From positions 1 to 38,983 of the forward strand of contig JAUXZV010000023.1 of NCBI GenBank assembly GCA_030693825.1: a stretch of DNA of 38,983 nucleotides. The letters run 5' to 3'. The notes beneath the pieces were generated by a model. That model saw only the letters and a list, made by a program, of their open reading frames with translations. It searched no databases and was not told where the DNA came from. Below are positions 26,987-33,774 of the stretch, piece by piece (the first letter of the stretch is position 1; every line of letters begins with the position of its first letter). Both the position numbers and the translations under genes were made by a program. The DNA is from Myxococcales bacterium. GTDB taxonomy: Bacteria; Myxococcota; Myxococcia; Myxococcales; Myxococcaceae.

Positions 26987-28768
26987 GTGAGCCGCGCTTC
27001 ACTCTTGTATGCGGCTGGCTCCGGCTGCGCGCGGAGCGGCTATGGTGATTCCGTGCGTTGGACCACGATCAGTTTGCTGCCAATGGTGCTCGCGGGGTGC
27101 AGCCTTCCCACGGGTGTGAGCTTCAGGTGTGAGTCAGACGGCGCGTGCCCGGACGGCCTTCGGTGCGTCGCGCTCGACGCGGGCCGATACTGCCTCGACG
27201 TCGATGGCGGTGCGGCGGGTGCTGGGACCGCGGGTGGAGGAGTCGCAGGCGGCGGAACGTCAGGCGGCGGAACGTCAGGCGGCGGAACGTCAGGCGGCGG
27301 AACGTCAGGTGGCGGAACGTCAGGCGGCGGAACGTCAGGCGGCGGAACGTCAGGCGGCGGAACGTCAGGCGGCGGAACGTCAGGCGGCGGAACGTCAGGT
27401 GGCGGAACGTCAGGCGGCGGAACGTCAGGTGGCGGAACGTCAGGTGGCGGAACGTCAGGTGGCGGAACGTCAGGTGGCGGAATCGCAGGTGGCGGAACGT
27501 CCGGCTGCGGAGCACCCCTCGATCTCGCCGATACCCTCTACGTCAGCGTCGACGGCGGGAGCGATTCGAACAGCGGCGTCTCGCCAACCGCTCCCTTCGC
27601 GACCGTCACCCACGCGCTCACCCGCGCAGTCTCTCTTGGTCGCTCGGTGATCGCGGTAGCGCCTGGCGTCTACTCGGAGCCAGTCGTCATCGGCTCGGCG
27701 CACGCCGGCCGCACGGTGACAGGCGGGTTCCTCGCCGATTGGACCCGGGACTGTGCCGCAGACGCTCGAGACCGGACCGTCATCGACGCGCCCGCTGGGG
27801 TCGGCATCGCGTTCTCCAGCATCTCGGGCCCCGAGGTCATCGTGCGCCGAATGACGGTCCGCTCTGGTCCGACGGCTCAGAAGGGCGGCTCGACGTACGG
27901 TGTTCGCGCGCTCGCTTCGAACGTCTCCCTGCACGACGTGGTGGTGATCGCCGAACCGGCGAGCGAGGGGCGCATGCCGGCGTCACCTGTCGACATGACG
28001 GGGACCACGCTGTGCCTCGGCGTCAGTGACTGTTCCACGGGCGGCGCGGGGTCTCGAGGCGCAGCGGGCAGGTCTGCAGATGGCGGTTGGTTCGACGCGA
28101 TGGGCTTCTTGCCGGGCGTCGGAGAGACTGGAACCCCGGGTGGGCCTGGCTTCAACGGAACCCCGCCGCCGCTGCCTGTTCCCGCGAACTGCGCGACGTG
28201 CAGCGGCTCGACGCCTTGCAACGGCAGTAACCTGTTCTGCGGGAACACGACCGGAGCCATGAGCGGCACTCGTGGCCGATGCGGCTGCGGCGGCCTCGGT
28301 GGTCTCGGCGCAGCTGGTGGAATCGGCGGCGGCGCGTCCATCGCCCTGTTTGCCTCGGGTAGCAGTCTCGTTCGCGTCACGAACTCCGTGCTGCGTTCGA
28401 GAGCAGGCGGCGCGGGCGTTGGCGGCGCCTTCGGTGGCCTCGGAAGCCTCGGCTCGTCTGGTGCTCGTGGCAACCCGACCGCCTGCATCGACCCAAACGG
28501 CGCCAACTGTTCTCGCATGCGGTGCAACGACAACTGCGAGCCGAGCGGCCAGGTGCTGGCGGTTGCTGGAGGCGCTGACGGTGGGACTGGCGGCACGGGT
28601 GGAGCCGGTGGGCCCGGTGGGGCCGGCGCGGGCGGCCCTTCCATCGGCGTCGTCTCGGTCTTCAGCACGGTGACGCTCACCGCGTCGACGGTCAACACGG
28701 GCTTCCCTGGCCCTGCAGCGGACGGCGGTCAGCCTGGCTTCTCGCAGCAGACCCTGACGATTCCGTAG
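26987..28768 (+). CDS. lipoprotein-type secreted Cys-module / (TSGGG)n tandem-repeat / beta-helix plus GGxGG-rich protein (paralog 3)
   Basis: GTG start (alternative GTG at 27053 gives a cleaner lipo-signal MRWTTISLLPMVLAGCS). Cys module RCESDGACPDGLRCVALDAGRYCLDV. 16x TSGGG. Beta-helix cap PFATVTHALTRAVSLGRSVIAVAPGVYSEPVVIG. Cys-rich NCATCSGSTPCNGSNLFCG. GGLGGLGAAGGIGGGASIALF and GGxGG tracts as in paralog 1. Confidence 0.75.
   Translation: MSRASLLYAAGSGCARSGYGDSVRWTTISLLPMVLAGCSLPTGVSFRCESDGACPDGLRCVALDAGRYCLDVDGGAAGAGTAGGGVAGGGTSGGGTSGGGTSGGGTSGGGTSGGGTSGGGTSGGGTSGGGTSGGGTSGGGTSGGGTSGGGTSGGGTSGGGTSGGGIAGGGTSGCGAPLDLADTLYVSVDGGSDSNSGVSPTAPFATVTHALTRAVSLGRSVIAVAPGVYSEPVVIGSAHAGRTVTGGFLADWTRDCAADARDRTVIDAPAGVGIAFSSISGPEVIVRRMTVRSGPTAQKGGSTYGVRALASNVSLHDVVVIAEPASEGRMPASPVDMTGTTLCLGVSDCSTGGAGSRGAAGRSADGGWFDAMGFLPGVGETGTPGGPGFNGTPPPLPVPANCATCSGSTPCNGSNLFCGNTTGAMSGTRGRCGCGGLGGLGAAGGIGGGASIALFASGSSLVRVTNSVLRSRAGGAGVGGAFGGLGSLGSSGARGNPTACIDPNGANCSRMRCNDNCEPSGQVLAVAGGADGGTGGTGGAGGPGGAGAGGPSIGVVSVFSTVTLTASTVNTGFPGPAADGGQPGFSQQTLTIP
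27240..27490. repeat. near-perfect in-frame 15-nt tandem repeat (about 16 units) encoding (TSGGG)n
   Basis: caggcggcggaacgt repeated head-to-tail. The only variation is g/t at one position (caggTggcggaacgt). Antisense frames give the spurious LTFRHLTFRR and AAERQ ORFs. Confidence 0.9.
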
Positions 28769-28805
28769 CGCAGCGCGACCCAAGCGCCGACGTCGAGTCG
28801 GTTGT

Positions 28806-28829
28806 GCTGAGGGCCCGCGCTCCCTCAGC
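28806..28829. terminator. GC-rich hairpin between convergent genes (candidate bidirectional terminator)
   Basis: gctgaggg-cccgcgct-ccctcagc: 8-bp perfect stem with an 8-nt loop, located between the stop of the paralog-3 gene (28768) and the stop of the minus-strand NHL lipoprotein (28836). No clear U-tract. Confidence 0.4.
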
Positions 28830-28835
28830 CAGTGA

Positions 28836-30149
28836 CTACGGCAACGCGTGGAACAGCGGCGTGCCCTTCGCGGCCGGGTAGAACGCCGGGCCTTGCGGAC
28901 TGCCGAGCGACGAGCCGGTGATGATGGTGTCGGGCACCGTCGGCGCTCCCGAGCCGGTGCTCACCGTCAGTTGTGCCGGAGCCAGCCGAGCGAGGTTGCC
29001 CGCGCTGTACGGGAGCCACAGCCCGCCACCTTCATCGAACGCGAGCCCTTCGAGCACCGCGCTCACCGGGAGCGAGATGCGCACCAGCGGCGTCGCCGAC
29101 CGGGGACCGGTGCCGGGGAGCTCCGCGGCGGGGACGGCGAACACCAGGTTGAGGCCGAAGTCGTAGCTCCACAGGTTCCCGTCCTTGTCGAACGCCAGCG
29201 CGTCAGGCTTCAGCGCAGAGGGGTCGGCTGGCTGGTCTGACTTGCGGGCCTTCACCCGGCGCGTGGCCGTTGCCGAGGCGCCGTCGAGTGACCCGAAGTC
29301 GTAGCGCAGCAGCTCCTCGGTCGACGAGTCGGAGACCCAGAGGTTGCCGTCCTTGTCGAAGGCCAGGCCCGAGACCGCCATGAAGCCGGTCAACGTCAGT
29401 GAGGGCGTGACGGTGCTCGAGCCATCGAGCGACGCCGCCGGCAGCTTGTAGACCTCACGCTTGCAGCTCGAGCCCACGAAGAGGTTGCCGTTCTTGTCGA
29501 AGGCGAGGGCGCTGGCGCGCGGGAAACAGTTCACGCCGGCCACCTCGATGCGGCGGTCGGCCATCGGCGCGGCAGGCGTCGCGAAGCCCTCGGCTGGGAA
29601 GCGGGCGATCAACGGGTCCACCGTCGTGTTGCCCAGCGCCCAGAGGTTTCCTTCTTTGTCGAAGGCGGTCGAGCCGCTCGCTGCGAGGTTGGCGTTCCAC
29701 GACGAGGTGACCGTGGCCGTGGTGGCGAGGCTCGCCGAGTCGAAGGCGTGCGTGCTGCCCATGCCGCCCGAGCTGTTGCCGACCCACAGGCGGTTGCTGG
29801 TGGCGACCTTCGTCCACGTCACCGTGACCGCTTGCGTGGCGTCCTTCACGAGGCAGAAGTTCGGCGCCGACGCACGCGCGGCGTAGACGGTTCGAACGAG
29901 CGGATCGCTGACGGTGACGAGGCCACCTGAGACCGCCCAGGTCCCCGCGCCCACCATCACCGTCTGGCCCATGGTCAGCGTCTGCGACGTCGGGCCCATC
30001 AGCGTCACCGTGCCGTCCGTGCCTGCGGGCAGGCCCGCGAACGTCACCGCGATGGAGCCAGTACCGGTCGTCGCGCAGGCGCCAGGCGGAGGCGGGCAGG
30101 CGAACAGCAGCAGCGCGCTGGGGAGCAGGAGCAGGGCTGGAGTTTTCAT
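28836..30149 (-). CDS. lipoprotein with NHL/SMP-30-like beta-propeller repeats
   Basis: Lipobox MKTPALLLLPSALLLFAC. Five to six repeats of ALAFDK(D/N)GNLW(V/A) spaced about 45-60 aa apart. Confidence 0.75.
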   Translation of the reverse strand: MKTPALLLLPSALLLFACPPPPGACATTGTGSIAVTFAGLPAGTDGTVTLMGPTSQTLTMGQTVMVGAGTWAVSGGLVTVSDPLVRTVYAARASAPNFCLVKDATQAVTVTWTKVATSNRLWVGNSSGGMGSTHAFDSASLATTATVTSSWNANLAASGSTAFDKEGNLWALGNTTVDPLIARFPAEGFATPAAPMADRRIEVAGVNCFPRASALAFDKNGNLFVGSSCKREVYKLPAASLDGSSTVTPSLTLTGFMAVSGLAFDKDGNLWVSDSSTEELLRYDFGSLDGASATATRRVKARKSDQPADPSALKPDALAFDKDGNLWSYDFGLNLVFAVPAAELPGTGPRSATPLVRISLPVSAVLEGLAFDEGGGLWLPYSAGNLARLAPAQLTVSTGSGAPTVPDTIITGSSLGSPQGPAFYPAAKGTPLFHALP

Positions 30150-30261
30150 GAGGGCGGAACGAAGCACAGGCCCTGCCAACGCTCCAATGGCCAGAAGCCG
30201 GATGGTTGTCGTGGGGCTTCGTGACGCCAGCCGTCACAGGTGTGGCTTCGAAGGTCGGCCT

Positions 30262-30435
30262 TCAGAAGAGCGCGTAGACGAAGGGCGTGACGTACGCGAG
30301 GCCCTGGGTCAGCACGAGCAGCACCGCCGCGAGCAACAGCACCACGAGGAGCGGGAGCAGGACGAGCCTGTTCTGCTTCGCGAAGTGGCCGACGAGGTCT
30401 CTGAGCGTTCGGACGGACAGCACGGGCGAGAGCAT
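30262..30435 (-). CDS. DUF5989-like small membrane protein (carbamoyltransferase-associated)
   Basis: 57 aa MLSPVLSVRTLRDLVGHFAKQNRLVLLPLLVVLLLAAVLLVLTQGLAYVTPFVYALF, which fits the conserved ...KKxWLLP...L....L.PFIY.LF pattern of this family. The ATG lies 3 nt after the carbamoyltransferase stop. Absent from the ORF track. Confidence 0.7.
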   Translation of the reverse strand: MLSPVLSVRTLRDLVGHFAKQNRLVLLPLLVVLLLAAVLLVLTQGLAYVTPFVYALF

Positions 30436-30438
30436 CGC

Positions 30439-32139
30439 TCACGACTTGCGAATGAGCACGTCCTCGACGACCAGCGCGTCGGCGGAGTGGCCGAGAAAGA
30501 ACGCGAACGCGTCAGCGACCGACGCGACGATGGGCTCGCTCTTCCCGTTGAGTGAGGTGTTGAGCACCACGGGTGTTCCCGTCTGGCGGCCGACCGCGTC
30601 GATGAGGGCTCCGAAGGGTGTGGAGGGAAGCACGGTCTGCACGCGCGCGGTGCCATCGACGTGCGTGACGGCCTCGAGCACGGGCTTCGCGTCGTCTCTC
30701 ACGTCGGCCACCGTCACCATGAACGGCGCGAGGCGTGACGCGAAGGGACCGAAGAAGCGTGAGGCGTCGCTTTCGAGCACCGCGGGCGCGAACGGGCGAA
30801 ACGGCTCGCGGCGTTTGATGACGCGGTTGAGGCGCTCCTTCACGGCGAGCGGCGTCGGGAGCGAAAGCAACGAACGATGGCCGAGCGCGCGCGGGCCCCA
30901 CTCGAAGCGGCCTTGCACGAAGGCGACGACGTCTCCTTTTGCGAGCAGCGCGGCCACGTCGGTCGCGGGGTTCGCGAGCGAAGTCATCTTGAGGCCGAGC
31001 GACGTCGCGATGCTGCGTGCGTCATCGGCCGAGACAGGAAGGCCCCACGCGCTGTGCTCCATCGGAGTGACTCGCGGCGTGCGCGCGTCGAGGGCCCCGA
31101 GGAGGGCGGCACCGAGTGCTCCACCCGCGTCGCCTGCGGCAGGTTGAACGAAGACGTCACGAAAACCGGCGCTGCGCGCGAGGCGGGCGTTCGACACGGC
31201 GTTGAGCGCGACGCCTCCAGCGAGACAGAGCGCGTCGGCTTGCGTGCGGGCCTTCGCTCGGCTCGCGAGCCCCAACATCGCGTCCTCCAGCACTGCCTGG
31301 AGCGTGCACGCGACGTCGGCGAAGCGTCGATCGGCGGCGTCGGAGAAGTTCCACGGCGTACCCGGCATGCGACGCGGTCCGAGCAGGGCCTCGAGCTTCG
31401 AGGAGAACCCGACCTCGGTGTTCGCGTGCGCGTCGAAGTACTCGAGGTGGAGTTCGAAGCTGCCGTCTTGCGCGAGCGTGACGAGCTTCTCGAACTCGGC
31501 GCGGAAGCGCGGCGTGCCGAACGCGGCGAGGCCCATCACCTTGTACTCGCCCTCGTTCACCTCGAAGCCGCACCACGCCGTCAGCGCCGAGTAGAGCAGG
31601 CCAAGCGAGTGGGGGAAGGTGATGCGCTCCAGCAGCGTGAGCGTGGTGCCTTCGCCGAGCCACAGCGCGGTCGAGGTCTCTTCGCCGACGGCGTCGACGG
31701 TGAGCACGGCGGCGCGAGGGAAGGGGCTGCAGAAGAACGCGCTCGCGGCGTGTGACTCGTGGTGTTCGCGATGGCTGATGCGGTCGCGCGGAACCCCGAG
31801 GCGGCTCGAGAGTTCGTCGAGGACCTGCACCTTGCCGCTCAGTTGCGACGCGATGGCGCGCGGGAATTGGCGCAAGGAGCCAGGGAAGGAGCGCAGCATC
31901 ATCGTGAGCACGCGCTCGAGCTTGCGGTACGGGTTCTCGTAGAAGACGACGTGCGTGAGGTCTTTCACGTCGAGCTTCGCCATCGCCAGACACGCGCGCG
32001 CGGCGGCGATGGGCAGCGAGGGGTCGTTCTTGATGCGAGAGAAGCGCTCCTCCTGCATCGCTGCGACGAGCTGGCCGTCGACGACCAGCGCCGCCGCCGC
32101 GTCGTGGTAGTTCGCCGAGATGCCGAGCACGGCACTCAT
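30439..32139 (-). CDS. carbamoyltransferase (NodU/CmcH family)
   Basis: 566 aa from an internal ATG. N-terminal LGISANYHDAAAALVVDGQLVAAMQEERFSRIKND (ASKHA/Kae1-like domain) and C-terminal YrdC-like domain. The track ORF's upstream 274 codons (to 32961) are R-rich antisense of the 32215 lipoprotein gene. Confidence 0.9.
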   Translation of the reverse strand: MSAVLGISANYHDAAAALVVDGQLVAAMQEERFSRIKNDPSLPIAAARACLAMAKLDVKDLTHVVFYENPYRKLERVLTMMLRSFPGSLRQFPRAIASQLSGKVQVLDELSSRLGVPRDRISHREHHESHAASAFFCSPFPRAAVLTVDAVGEETSTALWLGEGTTLTLLERITFPHSLGLLYSALTAWCGFEVNEGEYKVMGLAAFGTPRFRAEFEKLVTLAQDGSFELHLEYFDAHANTEVGFSSKLEALLGPRRMPGTPWNFSDAADRRFADVACTLQAVLEDAMLGLASRAKARTQADALCLAGGVALNAVSNARLARSAGFRDVFVQPAAGDAGGALGAALLGALDARTPRVTPMEHSAWGLPVSADDARSIATSLGLKMTSLANPATDVAALLAKGDVVAFVQGRFEWGPRALGHRSLLSLPTPLAVKERLNRVIKRREPFRPFAPAVLESDASRFFGPFASRLAPFMVTVADVRDDAKPVLEAVTHVDGTARVQTVLPSTPFGALIDAVGRQTGTPVVLNTSLNGKSEPIVASVADAFAFFLGHSADALVVEDVLIRKS

Positions 32140-32214
32140 GGTGCTGCCTGTGAAGTCGAGGAGCGCAGACGGAAGACGGTAGCGCAGGGCCCCCTTTCGA
32201 GGTGAGTTCCCGCT

Positions 32215-33090
32215 GTGAGGCACTGGCTCATGGTCGCCACGATCGCGGTGGGCTGCGCCAGCCCTCGACCTCTCTTTGCTCCGAACGTGGACGTGCAACC
32301 TGTCGCTGCGCCGTCGCTGTTGCCGCTCGGCCGCCTGCGCGTCGGCGTGCCACCCGGCTTCACCCGCGAGAGCAGTGAGACGGTGCTCACCGGCACCGAG
32401 GCGTGGACCGAGCCGCTGGAGCTGTCGCCCGACGAGCGGTGGGCACGTCACCTCGCCGCGCTCCCTGCCGGCGCCGAGCGGGAGCGGTTCGATTGGGGCG
32501 ACGCAGGCCGCGCGGTCACCTTCATGAGTGGGAACGATCTGCTGATCGAGCTGATGAAGCCGTACGACGACCACGTGCTGTGGCTGCGCCGCGAGTTTCC
32601 CGAGGGCAAGCTGCCCATCGCCGAGAAGCTGCTGCGCGAATTGGTGCGCGTCTACACGCCGCACAGTCGTGATGGGTTCGGGGTCGAACACGGTGCGTTT
32701 CAGCGCGTCTCCCAGGTCGAGAACGCCCGGCTCTCGCTCGTCGGCCCGGCTCGCGCTCGCCTGAGCCTCATCGTGAGCTCGAACGTCGTCGCCCGAGAAC
32801 GAGCGCCAGCCGACATCGCGCGTGAGGTGGAGCAGCTCGGCGGCACGCTCCAGGTTCTCCGTGAGCGCTCCCGTACCGTGGCTGGCCTGCGCGGGACGGA
32901 GCTGGTGATGACGCTCACCACGCCTGCCGCCGTGAAGACGCTTCGTTTCGAGTGGGTGCATCCCGGTGCGCCGTCGAGCCGAGCGCCGGCGTTGACGCTC
33001 GAGGCGACCGGTCCGAACGAGGCCGGGCCCGAGCTCGAGCGCGGGTGGGAGCAGCTGCTCGGCGCGTTGAAGCTCGAAGCGCCGCCCTGA
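32215..33090 (+). CDS. hypothetical lipoprotein
   Basis: Lipobox MRHWLMVATIAVGCAS. 291 aa with balanced composition. Divergent from the carbamoyltransferase gene. Confidence 0.65.
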   Translation: MRHWLMVATIAVGCASPRPLFAPNVDVQPVAAPSLLPLGRLRVGVPPGFTRESSETVLTGTEAWTEPLELSPDERWARHLAALPAGAERERFDWGDAGRAVTFMSGNDLLIELMKPYDDHVLWLRREFPEGKLPIAEKLLRELVRVYTPHSRDGFGVEHGAFQRVSQVENARLSLVGPARARLSLIVSSNVVARERAPADIAREVEQLGGTLQVLRERSRTVAGLRGTELVMTLTTPAAVKTLRFEWVHPGAPSSRAPALTLEATGPNEAGPELERGWEQLLGALKLEAPP

Positions 33091-33096
33091 CCGCCG

Positions 33097-33771
33097 TTAC
33101 GGTGCTCGCCACCCTGAAGCGCTCGGAGCCTTGAGCTGCTCCATCAGCGCCAGTGGGGCCATCAACACGTAGAGCGTCCACATCGTCAGCGTGAACAACA
33201 CCCCTGACGACGCCGCGCCCCACCGCAGCCACCCGCGACGAAGCTCCCAGAACCGCGCGCTGCGCAGTTCGCTGGCATCGGGTGCAAGCGTGGAAAGGAA
33301 CTCCCGCGTGTACGACTCGTGGACCGCTTCATCGACCATCACCGCGTCGAGGAGCGCTTTCGTCTTCGTGTCCGCGCGGGCCGTGCCTTCGAACGCGGCG
33401 AGCTCATCGCGGAACAGCTTCATCTGCGCGCGGCCACGCTTCTCGCCGAGGTGCACGAAGGCCAGGAAGCGCACTTCGCCCAATCGCGTGAACAGGTGCT
33501 CGAAGTCGGCGCGTGCGACCGAGTCGTCGAAGGCGAGCGTCGGGTCGAGCTCCACGGCGCGCAGCGAGAACATCTGCGCGTGGCGATTCTCGTCGACGGC
33601 GTGGCTCAGGTATTTGGTCCGGCGCGAGAGATCGCTCGTGGTGTTCGCCGCCTCCATCATGTCGAAGAAGCTGGAGCGCTCGGCGCGCGCGAACGCCATC
33701 AACATGCGCGCGGTGGCCCGTGGGCTTCGCCAGCGAAACGGCTTGAGCAGTCGCGCGAAGACGAGCCGCAT
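33097..33771 (-). CDS. hypothetical protein, possible ferritin-like/di-iron fold
   Basis: 224 aa. Paired acidic/His motifs (FFDMMEAAN...HAVDENRHAQMF...EAVHESYTREF) are reminiscent of ferritin-like ExxH pairs. C-terminal hydrophobic helix. 3-nt gap after the upstream SGNH gene. Confidence 0.5.
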   Translation of the reverse strand: MRLVFARLLKPFRWRSPRATARMLMAFARAERSSFFDMMEAANTTSDLSRRTKYLSHAVDENRHAQMFSLRAVELDPTLAFDDSVARADFEHLFTRLGEVRFLAFVHLGEKRGRAQMKLFRDELAAFEGTARADTKTKALLDAVMVDEAVHESYTREFLSTLAPDASELRSARFWELRRGWLRWGAASSGVLFTLTMWTLYVLMAPLALMEQLKAPSASGWRAP

Positions 33772-33774
33772 GGG

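Noticed and set aside
27123-28029. ORFs reading the 15-nt repeat as LTFRHLTFRR, AAERQAAERQ or RRNVRRRNV
   Set aside because: Alternative frames or strand of the (TSGGG)n repeat inside a gene with a clear sense frame. This is not a CRISPR array: there are no unique spacers, the units are contiguous and in-frame coding.
27877-28783. Minus-strand ORFs 27877..28698 and 27983..28783
   Set aside because: Antisense of the paralog-3 Gly-rich C-terminus (Pro/Ala-rich complement).
29455-30555. ORFs 29455..30237 (minus, other frame), 29461..29886 and 29914..30555 (plus)
   Set aside because: They overlap the NHL lipoprotein and DUF5989/carbamoyltransferase genes. R/H/D-rich junk.
32140-32961. 274-codon N-terminal extension of the carbamoyltransferase ORF
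   Set aside because: R-rich antisense of the 32215..33090 lipoprotein gene. Carbamoyltransferase homology starts at the internal Met (32139).
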